In this document: piece by piece, positions 1-13,478 of the stretch
Layout of the letters: each line of letters starts with the position of its first letter
How positions within the stretch are numbered: position 1 is the first letter of the stretch
Source of the DNA: Ptychomitrium polyphyllum
Lineage: Eukaryota
Assembly: GCA_973851085.1 (NCBI GenBank)
Contig: OZ316776.1
Span: 7,874,001 to 7,938,000 of the forward strand
Reading direction: 5' to 3'
DNA: 64,000 bases
Translations under genes and position numbers: made by a program
Notes under the pieces: model-generated
Database searches by the model: none
The model's input: only the letters and a program-made list of their open reading frames with translations
What the model was told of the DNA's origin: nothing

Positions 1-2543
1 GGACTTAGCCTCAGTTCGTCTCCTAGCACATGTGCGAGCAGATTTGGTCGGATATTGCGCGTGCGTGCATGTGCAGAGAAAGGAGGCGGGGGACAGCTTC
101 AAGCTGGTCTGGATGTGGAGGATGTGAATCTAGGGCTGGGCTCGTGTCTTGAAGTTGCGAAGAATGGTGGCAGGTACCTGCACGTCATGGCGTCGTCCAT
201 GCATAATGTGGACAACGGTGAGAAACATGCCTTCAATTTTTGTTCCATTCTGTGAAATTATATCATATTTAGGTCTAGGTTGTTGGATTTCAAGTTTTTT
301 AGGGCTAAACGATGGGAATTCTGAATTTTTTACAATCAGCGTCGGTTCCAGGTTAGGTGTAACCTTGAGGCGCCATTGGCGAGACCTAATGGTTAGTTGA
401 TGATGGTGCTGTAGTGATTGATTTATTCGTTTGAGGGTTTTCTCAATGCAGCGCTGCTCGGGGAATTGCTCTTGATGTATCGTATTCTGGTCAGGTTTCA
501 ATGTGCGAATGGCCAATTCTGTGATGTGATGTTGTGATGTTGTGATGTTCTCTGTAATCATGACACTCACATTCTTGCACTGCGTAATATCAGTTAAGGT
601 AGACCACTTGTTCCTGTGAGTACGAGTAACTTAGTGATTTTAGAGGTCAGAGGTGTTGAATCAACCTAAGGAGAAACTTAAATTTGAAGAGAACACGATG
701 CTTGAATATTACATGAGCTTCTTGTGAATTGTTGAGTGTCATGAGGGCAATAGAATGACTCTAAAGTCATCATTCATGGATGGAATCAAAAACCTAAATT
801 TCTGCAGTGAAGTGTCATAATATGTTGTCACATGTGTTCATTTAAGGCTTATTTTAGGAATAGGCAACCTCGGGCAGTTGATTTTGGATGCCTAACATGA
901 ATGTATGCTCCGTCTTAATCTTAACTGGAATTTGTGAGATTCTGTTAAATATCAATCATTCAATTTCTAGACTATGTCGTTTTCTCAATTCTCATTCCAA
1001 ATTCGTGTCCTGAGTTGCAGTGGGTTGTATGATTAAGTTGTTCATGAGTTGTTGACAGCTCCGGTGTTTTCATGAAAGATTTAGTTTAAGCTTAATCAGT
1101 CTTCATCTTGTGAGCAAGGTGATTTTTGTGCCTGACGAATATTTTGCAGAGCCGGTTTTCATGATGTTGAAGATATGTTGCAGGCTGCATCATTGGTTTA
1201 ACATGTGTTCCCATCACAAAAGGTCACTCCTCTGCTCAGAACCTGGAGTTTCCCCTCTTCCTGAATGGCCTTGCGGCCTCTCCCATCAGGATTGCTGTCG
1301 AGAAGGGCGGGCTTCCTCACGGTACTCTGTATGAGACTTTATCCAGTTCTTTTTAGTTTGTTGTGACCGTCTTACTTTGGAAAACAGGATGGGAACGCTA
1401 ATTATTTTGTTAAGATTTGAGATTAAAACTTATATGGAATTTGACAGCAGGTTTTGCGATTTCTTCTGCTGATAGGATTGACAGAGGATATTCTGGTGCA
1501 GCTTTCATAGTATCATCGATGCGTGCCTCTCTATATCATGTAGTACTGACTTGTTGTGGTTCATGCTTGCGGTTGTGAGCGCAGCATTGGAGGAGCTTGG
1601 CAACTTGAATGACCTTGACTTGCAAAAGATATATGTAAGCTCCTTTAGTAATGTAAAAAAAGGTGGTGACTTTCTCGTCTTGGACGAAAGAACTGGAGCG
1701 AGAACTATGGTTTCCTCCACGTTTCCACAGGTGATGGTCGTTTCCACATCAAAGTACTTGCCTTCAGCTTTTTGTAAACATTTGAGTTGCAGGTCTGCAT
1801 TTGTAATTCTCTCGGCATACTTCACATCATTGCTTAATTGTTTCACACGTGTTTGCACAAAAAAGTTCAAATCTTTCTTAGTACTCACCCATGTTAGGTT
1901 TGTCCTAGGCCATTGCTGTGGCTTTGCGGTACCGCCAACCATTCCTCTTAAAGCTAGAGACATTACTATCGGCAAACGGAGACTTCATTGATCGCATGCT
2001 TATAAATCCTCTAGGTAAGTATGTGCTTTGAATATCTTACGTTCATTGTCTGCATTCGAAAATTGGTAAATAATTGTAGTTACAGTTTAATTTCTTTCTT
2101 TCACTTTTACTTCTCAGCTAAATAGCTTTTCTTTGCATGTTCTCCTGTCACTTTCATCTATTACATACTCTACGTATAAAGATGCCTTATTCGTGCAGCA
2201 CGCGACCAAGATGGCGACGTAGAGTGGCTGGCTGAGCTGTCGAACAACATGCATCTGATTGTCGGAAACCAATCGCAACTGCAAGCATCTCTAAAATCTG
2301 CCGTCGACAAAGAGCAGGTCAGATGTTACCCCACTATGTTCGCTTTTATTCTTTTTCAGGTGCAATGACATTTTATGACGTATGTCATGTCCTGGAATTG
2401 AGGTTGTGCAGTATGAAGAGGCCTTGCAACTGAAACAAGAACTGGTGGCCTATGACACACGAATGAATCAAGAGGCAGTGAACGTCTTGCAACGACTGAG
2501 GACCTTGTATCTTGAACGAATGGGAATATTTTTTAAGTTGTAA
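1..2543 (+). CDS. Divergent DUF151 / bifunctional-nuclease-family protein with C-terminal UVR (UvrB/UvrC) motif; 5' end lies outside the window
   Basis: Phase-consistent GT-AG exons <1-173, 452-489, 1184-1321, 1585-1730, 1909-2014, 2199-2317, 2412-2543 (TAA). Spliced product: ...RILRVRACAEKGGG...AARGIALDVSYSGCIIGL...EFPLFLNGLAASPIRIAVEKGGLPHALEELG...LQKIYVSS...GDFLVLD...VSSTFPQAIAVALRYRQPFLL...LQASLKSAVDKEQYEEALQLKQEL...FFKL*. The order of GIALD, xPxF/I, H..LEELG and AIAxALR..P blocks matches DUF151. L..AV..E.YEEA..L..EL is a UVR motif. The Ser/Arg-rich N-terminal part looks like a plastid transit peptide. Confidence 0.75.
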
Positions 2544-4066
2544 ATAGATTATTCAACTATCAACTCCACTGTTTTTGTGCTATAGTCGTAGTGGTTTTTG
2601 TTGAGCTTCACTTCTAGTCTTCCTCAGTGTTACAATATGATTTTTTTTGGTTCTCGTGCTAGCAGACCATCACCTTAGGACACCGTTCGTCGAGTTTGGC
2701 GATTCTACGTTAGTAATTATCCCACAACGTGAAACACCCTGTTCTACCCAAATCCCCGAGAGTCGAGCACACCAAGCGATACATAAGAGACACCTTGATG
2801 CGTGATTGCTTGGTCAGTAGCACAACTCTTCCATGTGTTCAGAACTCTTCCCTCGTAAACAAGGTGTGTTGGTATCACGCATTTGGCGATCCATTCAGAA
2901 CCAATTTCAGCTTCAAGAACTGTTCATGATTCTAGGCAGTCCAACTAGCTTGTTAATAGACTCATCAAATTATCGTGGGCAGTGCCTGAAACATGATAAG
3001 AGGGTTATTCCTTGTGGGTGGGATATGTTGAGAAATAGGTACACGGTAGATCTTATAAAATTCATTTTGCACAGAGCCATTCTACTTGAATTTCTAATCC
3101 ACTAAGGGAGGATGCTCTGAATCTTACAGGAAAGGGTTGTCTGAATTCCAACTTAATCTGGCTTTGCCAATTCTGAAAATTTTATCATTGAAACTAGGAT
3201 AAGATGAAGTTATTTGCAAGTGAGTAGAGTTATTTGTAAATCCATCCTTTTTCTCACTAAAAATGTCACCTTTGTTCACATCTCCTTTTTGTCTCATTCA
3301 TATTGATGATTTGAACACATTCTTCAATACAAATATGTTTCACCCTACTTCAATTGGAGCACATATTTTAAGGCAAGTATCTTGGTTTGCTATCCAACTT
3401 TCTAAAGCAACAGGATGAGTTTACAAATAACTATAGTCCCAGACTAATTTGTAATGTTTGCAATATTTCTCATCTCTCAAATAGTAAAAATGCTTCATTT
3501 CTCATTTCGCCAAGTGCTTGATTCATGTGTACAGGGATCTAGATTGTTTGGCTTTGTGAATATGCACACTCCGATGAAGCTTGTCACTGTGCAAAGTCAC
3601 GGTCAGGCAGTCAGTCCTGAATTGTATTCTTTTTCAACAGTAGTGACTTTTATTATATAATGGGTTTCTCTATAGGATGCTTGGTACAGCAAATCCATTA
3701 CGCAATCAAATTTCTGCAGGGCCAGCGCTGAGGCAGGTTTTACAAGTTGATTACATAATTCTTCGAAAGAAAGTACAACTTTCATTGAATTAAATATGAA
3801 GTGGAACTAAGATACTATATGCAGTTTCTGTTTCAGACAAACTTGAGATTGTAAATCATATTGTAAGGAGCCAGAACTTGTACACGCATTACAGAATGAG
3901 GCAGCAGCAGCTGATATTGTAATGAAGGAATAGGCAACTAACGAAAGGGTTGAAATCCTCTTTCACGTGCTCACAATCTCATCCGCAACAGCCGGGTTCC
4001 CTCCTGACGTCCCTGCAATCCATGCTAACTTGGTGTGGCGTTTCTTACTCGTCTTTATGCATAGAG

Positions 4067-4258
4067 AATGTGTTACATTCGATACTTTCAAATGTGTTAC
4101 ATTCCATACTTTCAAATGTGTTACATTCCATACTTTCAAATGTGTTACATTCCATACTTTCAAATGTGTTACATTCCATACTTTCAAATGTGTTACATTT
4201 CATACTTTCCAATGTGTTGCATTTGATGTTTTCAAATGTGTTACATTTGATACTTTCA
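4067..4258. repeat. Minisatellite, 24-bp unit AATGTGTTACATTCCATACTTTCA x8
   Basis: Eight tandem units read directly; the central ones are identical and the last three degenerate. Explains the repetitive ORFs at 3950-4326. Confidence 0.95.
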
Positions 4259-5030
4259 AATATGCTTCACCTTTAAATGTCAAGCCTCATAGGCATCTTC
4301 TTAATGAAACTCAATTTCAATTTTAAAAATAAGCTTTTTGTATTTGAAATCATTTAACAAAGTAGAAGACTATTTAATATAATGCTATGGCTTCCATTTA
4401 ATAAAACCATAAAAGTAGATAAAACATCTTGGACCATTAGCAATCCTTCAATAATCTAAACTTCAAAACATGAAGCGTTCAAAATGATAGGTCTCGAATT
4501 TTTACTCTAAGTTAAGGTTCAATGAGTTTAATATAATGCTTTGGCTTAGCCCTTTCAAATAATAAGATGATACATTAAAAAATAAATTGAATATTAGTAT
4601 GTAGCCTAATTTTCTAGACTTTTTTAAATATACAAATTTTTATTTGATAACTAATATTCATGAATAATGGAACTTCTAGAAAAGCACATAGAAATAGGAG
4701 AAATTTAATATATATTTTGATCATAGGAACCAAAAGGCAACTTTTCTACTAGTTCAAGAATGTTATGATGAAGAACTTGATTATTAGATTTTATTTACTA
4801 TTAAATTTTCATGTTGAATATACCAAAAAAGAGAATATCAAATAATAAACAACAAAGAATATCTAATCAATGGATCTAATTATTGTGATGTTGTGCTAAT
4901 TAATTACTTTAAAAGTGTAATTTGGTGACAACTACAATGATTATTTATTTGATGCTATAGCTTTCTAAGCAGGATGAATTTTATACCAAAAGCAAAGATA
5001 TGGATAACTCCAAATCCACAAGGTTTCTTG

Positions 5031-5088
5031 TATTGGTTTTGGTACAGTACTGCCTCTTATATTGATTTTGGTACAGTACTGCCTCTTA
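5031..5088. repeat. 29-bp tandem duplication
   Basis: TATTGGTTTTGGTACAGTACTGCCTCTTA followed by TATTGATTTTGGTACAGTACTGCCTCTTA (one mismatch). Confidence 0.85.
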
Positions 5089-8000
5089 GATTCTTGGTGC
5101 CTTTCCGCCTTTCTGTTGAAAAATATTGGGTTCTCTTACATGAATTCCTTGGTTGGTTTTCTTTAGTTTAGAGTTTTTTTTTGTTTGTGACTTCTTGTTG
5201 TTGGTGTAAAAAGCATTGTTGAGGTGGCTTCTCAAGCTGGGATTCAGGCTTGAGTAGTAGTTGGTTTAGGAGGCTGGTTGATGCCATGCTTGGATGCTTG
5301 CTTGTTGTAATGTTCTAGAGCTCATTTAGATCCCAAAAAATAATGGATCGAGATTTCGTAGGCGCTTGTTTTCGTGCCTGCGCACTCACTAGTTTGTAAC
5401 ACCAAAATTAGAATGTATCACAAATGACACAAAATGGAATGGAAATTAAGAAATCTGGTGTGAAGCTCTGGTGGAGATGGAAGGGGTTTAGTGGAGTTGA
5501 GAAGGTGGGTCTGTTGGAGGTTGCAGCGGCCTGTGGGAGGAGAGAGACGGCTGGCAGGCGGTGGGAGGTTGGATAGGGGCTAGAAATCAGAAAGGACTGG
5601 ACTAGGTGAGGCAAGCCAGGTGGACTGGATGGGTGGTGCAAGGGAAAAAGAAAACAAGGGACCTGCTTCTGGTAGGAGCTCTGAACCTTAGTTACAATTA
5701 TAAGAAGCTTCTCAATGATAAAGTTGTCTTTGTCAATGAAATAATAAATGCATGCAACAATCACTTCACACGACATTAACAAAAGCTCAAAACATGTACC
5801 TTCTCTTCCTTCTTCAATCCCCCACCTCAAGGAAGAGAAGTTCAGAACCAACTTTCCAGTCATTTGAGAAGACCAATGGCCAGTTTTGAGAAAATTAAAA
5901 TTGATTAGAGCTCCTTCAATTGTTCATCGACGTTAAATGAATGGCCATACTTCACAAAAAAACTAAATGAACATAACAGTTTCCTACAATGTAACACATG
6001 ACAAAATACTTCAATCATAACTAATGTATAACTCAGTTTAGCACTTGAAAAAGAAGTGAGATATTATTTGTTCAAACATTATTGTTTGTGGTATAATATC
6101 ATTCAGTTTGGGAATGTTATGATATATAACATCAGCTTCCCATTTCTTCAATGCTCTTTCACTTATGATCAAGTATAATTTGCAAGTATAATTTGCATTG
6201 TCGGGTGTATACCAGGAAGGTAGTCTCCTTTACCAAACATCTGGTAACTCTCAATCACTGAGCTTGGGTTAGGGAATATGTCATTGAAAATTGGCAGAAA
6301 TAAGCATTTTCTGAACTACAATTTGTTAAAAGTTGTTTACTAGTGAAATAACGCAGAGGCAACACACCCCAATTTTACACTGAATTGATCCCAATTCTAT
6401 GGTATGTACTGCTGGAATTTTAATTACCAAAAATAGTAACACGTTATGGCTCAGATTTTCTCAATACTAGTTAAATTTATAAGAATCCAAGCACGGATTT
6501 AGTCTAATCCTAATATTGGCTTCACTAGCTTCAAGGAACTTCTGTTTTTAGGCTATGTCCTGTGAACTGAGTTACTCGACGGTTTTGAGCACAAAAAGGG
6601 TTAATATGTGGTGCAATCCTACTAAGTTTCAATGTGCTGAAAGGAGGGATGATGAATTGAAGAGTTCCTAGGATACTAATCTGGGCTCAGCATCTAATTT
6701 CATTGCATCAAAGTATTAAATAGTACAGTAGCACATAAGTATGTGATATTCATGAATAACATCATCTGTACGTTCACACTGCTTCATATGTATAGACATA
6801 TATGCATACATTTACATGCATATCCATACATATGGGTCAACACAAAAAGATCCACTTTTGAAAAGATCACAAGTACTATTTTAAGTAAATATAATTAATT
6901 TTTTATATATATGTTTTTATCAAATTAAACTTTTTGGATGTATACTTGCAAGTGGATGATTTTCCATACAATACTATTCTCTAAGCAAGTGGCCAAAAAT
7001 TGCATATAATAGTAGTTGAATAGATAAACACTAATTGTTATAAAACTTACTTTATAAGATTGACAAAGTGTAATTTTGTCCACCACTCCAATTAGTAGAG
7101 AGTACATTTAAGTTTTATCAACCATACAAAAGTATTTTACAAGTTTAGCTTTGTGCCAAAGAGGAAATTAAGCTCCTTCAATTAACAAAAATTAAACATT
7201 AGTTCAAGGTAACTCTACTTATAAGTAGAGCCTACCAAAAATATAATATTTAGCTTCAATCAAGTGGTAGGAATTTTTCTTGTGTACAGAGAGAGATGAA
7301 GAAGAAGAAACAAATGAACTAATATAAACAAGCATGTTTTAGGAAGTTCCAAAAGATAGCTCAATACTTAAATGCTTGTTAAATCCTATGCCTTTAGAGA
7401 GTCTAAAGTCCTAAATTTGATTTTTTATTAGCCACATGTGCAAATAGTAAAATCCTTGGCAAGCTCCAAATCAATACTTCAAGCACAAAGTCAATCATAT
7501 TTTTTACAATCAAAAGTATTTATAATTAAGAAAATCCAAAATCTTTTAAATTTTTATTATAGCTCAGATATTATTTAATTTGGATTTTGAAACTAGAAAA
7601 TTACATATTTTTTATATATTTTAGTACTTTTGGCCTCTAAATAACTATTTACGGTTTAGGCTCTCTTGTCATTGTCTTTAATCCTCTTCAACTTATACCT
7701 TCAACCACTACAAAAAACTTTTCAACCAATTTATGTATCCATTACTAATCTTGAAGTTTTTATAAATTAACAACTCTATGCAAAAATGGCTTATTGGATT
7801 AATTACAAAAAAACCTCACATAACAAAATTCTTCTTGTCTTGCTTCTCTATGCAAAGTTCTAGTAGTTATTGCTTCATAAATGCATCTCCACTTTCATGT
7901 GTAAACCTTGCTAATCTAGCATACATGACTTTAAAATGTTTACATTGTTAGTTTTCTTCAAATGTAAATCTATGTAAGCAATTGTTTGTATCCGTAAATT

Positions 8001-11000
8001 CTTACCTACAACTTCATGGAAACATCCATCAAGCATATGCTTAAATTGCTAATGAAACTGATACTAATTCTATTTATATACATTATATATATAGTTATTA
8101 CTATTATTATATTAAAATGGCATTATGATTATTACGGTGATTTTGTAATGAATTTTCAGTCCATGAGTGTCAAATTAATACCAATAAAGAATGCAGAGCG
8201 AGACAGCATTCAGATGAAGATTTAGGACTGAGAGGAGTTTCAGTCCTAAATATGGCCTACCATGGAAAGTGGGGAATTAAGCTCTAGATTGGCGCTGAAG
8301 TCCAAGTTTGTAGCCTTGGAAGCTGCACCCATTATCCCCACTACTTCCAGAGTCCCTGCACGGAGACTGGTCATGCACTTCGTCTTTTTTTTTATAACAA
8401 AGGGCGGGGAGTCCTTTGCATAAAAAGCAGGTTGTGATCCTTTTTGATACCCTCCAGTTCAACCTCCAAAACTTGCTGCAGGACTGAGGTTCATGTCATG
8501 TTGTTAGCATAGTGGGGATATTCCCAAGATAGCCTTTGCTTTCTTCCCACAACTAAGATCTTTGTCATTCTTTTCTGTTGCTTAGCCCCAGCCCTGCCTT
8601 ACGTCCTTTCAAAGGGTATCGGTTGGGTCCTACTGTGTTACTACAATTGGATCTGGTTGCTCAAACAGCTCCAAACTAACGTCCTATATCAAGACATGTT
8701 TGCCTCCATGATTCAATCTGCAGTACTTAACCTAGTACTCCCCAAGCATCCACATTCTGGATGATTAACATTTTTTAAACTACACACTTCATCGTCATTA
8801 GATATCATTTTCATCCATTACAATTTTCCCTCTACTCTTCAACTAATTGACCAACATTAAAACAGTGGATTTGTGTGATAACTTTGTATTAATGATTTAT
8901 AAGCAAAAAGTTGGAAGTATGTTCCAATAAAATTTGTGACTTTTTAATTACAAATATTGACTTTTCAGAAGTGGAATTGTTAATTTTAGAATTCAAAGTT
9001 TTCAAAGGTTTCTACTGTGAAGAACCTCTCATTTGGAATTCATCAAAAGTTTTGCTTATCATAGATTGTGAATGTTATTGTAACAAAAGTGAATACTATA
9101 AGCACAGTCAAAAATCCACCTCTCTTTTCATTTCATATACTACAATCTGCCAATCCACACGGTTCAATTTTCTTCTAAAATGTACAGTTTCCAATATTTG
9201 GATTAAGATTTATAAATGAAGGCTAGAAAAAAGCATCTTTTGGAGCTCTTTGCACTAGAAACTTCAGTAAAGAATGTATTTTTCTAGTCAAAGAGTTGTA
9301 GTGTTCAAATTTTGCCTCTTGTAGGTTTCATAAGAAAGTTTCCAAATTCAAAGCAGTACATTGTCCTTTAACCACTGTAGAGTCTAGTATTTTGGTCCCA
9401 AGTACAACATTTTTAAGGGAATCCAGATTGAGGGTGTTATGTCTGCTATTTGCTTATGATGATATCAGACGACAGTTGTGGCCACAATCTCCTTATTGCA
9501 TACAAGCCAAACGACACAAGATTTCACCAGGTGTCTCTGCATCTGATATGTACTAACTTACATGTAGCACATTAGAGATTGCAGCAAATAGCATTAAATT
9601 TAAGTACCCTGGGCTGATCCCACTTCCAAGCCTGACTCAGATAGTTGAGTGGATCACCGAAAAGCTGAATTACATATGTTAATCTATGAAGACTGCCACT
9701 GAAAAGAGGATAACAGATTTGATGCTCAAATCAAACTGTACTGCAAGACCTGCTAAGGTAAGCCATTGTCACAAGAGAGGGCCTGATTGCACCCATGAGA
9801 AAGAAATTCCTTGCAATTCACCAGACGTTGCTGGACTTGATTAGCAGATTACATTGTTGACTACAGTATCCAATTTTTGCCCAAACATCCATGAAGTCAT
9901 TTCACTAAATATGTCATTTAATGTCATATAACACTCAAATCATTTTAAAGATGAAGTTATTCATGAATTGTCATAAAGTATCATGTTGGTCCAATCAAAA
10001 TTTTGTTGGACATATTTATGTTACCAAAGAAATTTACATTTAATAAAGAACTATGCATTAAGAACTATGCACTAAAATATATTTTTACATCCTTTAAAGA
10101 CTCTTTCTAATACCATCTTCAATGTAAAAAACATTTTGTTTTTCTTCTTTCCAAGGCAAGGATGACGTGCTCTAAGTATTAAAAAAATTATCTTAAGTGT
10201 ATTCAAATAAACCTTGGACCAATATAAGCATGCTTATATTAAAGGAATGTAAGCTACCAAATCCATCTTCATTTATTCTTTTGTTTAATTGTTATCCATC
10301 CAATCTTTGTTAACAACCATGTCTTTTGCAAAAATCATATCAATTTTACACATTAGTACATATGTACACCATTGCCTCTTTTTCTTTATTAATCATTGTG
10401 AACATTTATGTATTTTATTTGTATGTTTTTTTTCAATCCTCCAAAATTCATGATTGCTTACTAACTAATTTGTAGATGTAAATGCGACAATTTGCCAACT
10501 TGCTCAACAACCATTGTTTTTAGCTTGCATTTCTTTCCCTTACTTTTAAAAGTCGCTATCTTCATTGCAATTTTGTTTGCCTATCCACCAAATCTTTATT
10601 TCATTTAATCACCTTATTTTATTTTAGTCTTATCTATTATAAATGTTATGATGCTTCTAAATGCTATCTCTTTCAATCTTCTTATTACTACAATTGGTTC
10701 ATTAAAAAAAAATACCCTTGCACTTAATCTTTGTCTTCACTTTAGCATATTCTTATTTTACTTATTATTTTCCATTTCTCAATTGAACGTCCTCTTTCTA
10801 ATATTGTAGTTTCCTTCAGCAATTTTATAGCCACATTCTTGGCCTAAAAATATGCCTTGAAAATTTTCTTCCAAAATATGATAGTCATGGTCTATCAAAA
10901 CAAATCAATACAACCCATTTACAATCAACACAATTGTGTTTCAACATTTACTCTACAATACAATTTTTGGTCTAAAAATAAAAATAAATGTTTTTTAAAT

Positions 11001-13478
11001 TTGATTTAGAATCCAATAAAGCCCAATTGAAAACAAAACTAATTAAAAATTAAGTAAAATCAAAAAAATCCTATGAACCACCTACATTGTCTTATGAATT
11101 ATATTTCTATTCTTATAAAACAAAGAAAAACTAAAATTAGAACCAAATAGAAGCTAAAATAACTAAACATTCTTACAATAATTGTGATAGTATAGATACA
11201 TCATAGTCTAGATTAATATTTTAATATCCAAGTTAGTGTAAATATATGAAGCATATAATAGTATTGGAAAACTATTAAGTATATATTTAGGCCTTTTTAA
11301 TGAATTTTTTTAAATTAAAATAATATTGCAATAATTCAAAAGATGTCTACCAAACTTAATACAAAGATCAATATAAAATCTCACATAAATATTGGATTTT
11401 ATGTTGATGACAATAATCATTGTACCATTGTCTTTTAAAATGGTTCTTTCAATCAAAGATTATTTTTTTATTCTCTACAACTTATTCTATTGCATATTCA
11501 TGACCAATTATTTAATATTAGAATTTTGGACTTATCATTTGCACAAAAATTATTAAGGTTGTAGAAACTTAAGTTTTCCTAGACAATATCTTGCATATAC
11601 AACTCTTTTTTTTTGAAGTAATTGCAAAATAAGTTGCGATGAAATTGTTCTTTAAAATAGTACATTTTAAAGTACATCAGTAATTTGGAAATTAACATGG
11701 ATTTCACTAAATTTAGAATATCCATTGAATTATGGATTGTCAAATTTATAGAGAGACACCATCATCCCAATACAAGTATGACTTTGAATTTGAACATCAT
11801 TGTCATTTGGCTCATGACAATGATGTGCAAAATTAAAAGCCATATTTATATTGGGATGAAAAACATCTCTTCAAGAATTTGGTCCTTGAAAATTTAGTGA
11901 AAAGTTTTGTGAAAATCCTGTTGATAGTGCCTGGGGAAATTGACATTTTCCTCACTAAGGATGTACAAGTTTTTGCTGGCTGTGACTCCATCAGTATTGC
12001 TCAAAGCAACTTGTCAAGGTGTAGCTAGCAAGGTAAGAGCCATGAGCACATCAGCTTTGAGTGGTGGAAACCAAACTTCATACTGTCATCCCGAGTGTAG
12101 GTTCTATCTAGTGCTGCATCCACATTTAACAAGTTCTTATATCTAGGATGTTATGAGTATTTTCAACTCAATTGCTAACTAACTGCTTTGTAGAGCTGCC
12201 CCTTCTCACTGATGCTCCCATGGCTGTAGTGCACATCACGGTAACATGTCCATTAGGTGGTGTGGCCCACATGTTGTATTTCTGAAATCATTGCATGGGG
12301 CAGATTATGTCATCCATGTGCTAGCAATTCTCAAACAACTGCTGCAACTATATACAAAGAAAAACTTGGATGTGGTGGCTTTGTACTTCTGAGAATTGCT
12401 CGGTTGTAGATAAAGTTCACATTCAGGGTGTTTCCAAGATATGACATGGTATTTTGGCCCCAGATTTGTGTGTACTTATAAGTGCATATATGCACTTGAA
12501 AGTATATTTTACAAATATTGACTTTAAAACAATTATTATTTCCAATTGAAATTAAACAAAAGAACCAAATTTATTAGAATAAAGCAGTATGTCCATTTAA
12601 CCTGTCAATGAATAAAAATAATTCAAACAAGCTGTATGAAATAAGTACAAATTCTTAAAAGTCATTGTGATTACTAGTTTTTAGGAATATTTTAAGATAG
12701 CTTGAATTTTGAGAAAAAAATGGTTTAAATGGAAGCAAAATGAAAATTTTGCATTCTTTTCACAATTCCCCCATTTGTATTTGTTATTATTTAAGAACTT
12801 TAGAATTCAATAATTTTAATAATTATTAAAAGCATCTTTAGAGTTGTGTTTTACATACATATTAATACTTTCAAGAAATGTAGAAAATGGCATAAAACAT
12901 TTAATGAGTTATTAATAATCAAATATTTTCTATTCTTAACTATCAAATCTTAGCAAATTGAGAGTAACATCATTTTTTAGCAAAGCACTCTATTTAATGG
13001 TCTATACTTATTCTAATATGTTAAGATTTCTATTGCACTAAGACAATACGTAAAACTTTTATTTGTGTAGGATGATGATTATTTTATCATTATTTTTTGT
13101 GTAGAATAAATTATGAATTTCCAAAAACCTGGAAATTGCCAAAACATAATACTTCATGGTGTACAGCCAGCCATAGAAATTTTATACACCTAATCATGAA
13201 ACCTGCTAGACACAATGGGAATATACTCAAAATCCTCCTTCTACACAGTTCTTCCACAATCTCCACACAGTTGGGATTTTTTTTACAATCTGGTTTTTCC
13301 ATGTCATATTACAGGGGACTTTGGAGGGATTCAAAATCACTCATTAATGTTTTAAAATCTTTGTGATTTCTTCCCTTTTCACAAGACTTGCAAGTTTGCA
13401 AAGTTCTTAGAATCCCCCAACCTTACCTGCCAATGTTGTTCTGCCCTTGTTGCAAATGGTCTCATCTCTGCCTCAGAT

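Noticed and set aside
1505..1975. 156-aa minus-strand ORF
   Set aside because: Antisense to exons 4-5 of the DUF151-like gene; no recognisable motifs.
4067..4258. CRISPR-like appearance of the tandem arrays here and at 13479-13661
   Set aside because: Units are contiguous with no unique spacers, there are no cas genes, and the context is eukaryotic.
3950..4326. Three overlapping repetitive ORFs (NVLHSILS / CVTFHTFK / KVWNVTHL)
   Set aside because: By-products of a 24-bp minisatellite that lacks stops in those frames; no other coding evidence.
8277..8462. CFLCKG segment resembling the start of a gag/LINE zinc knuckle
   Set aside because: The CX2CX4HX4C pattern is incomplete and no adjacent protease, RT or integrase motifs were found.
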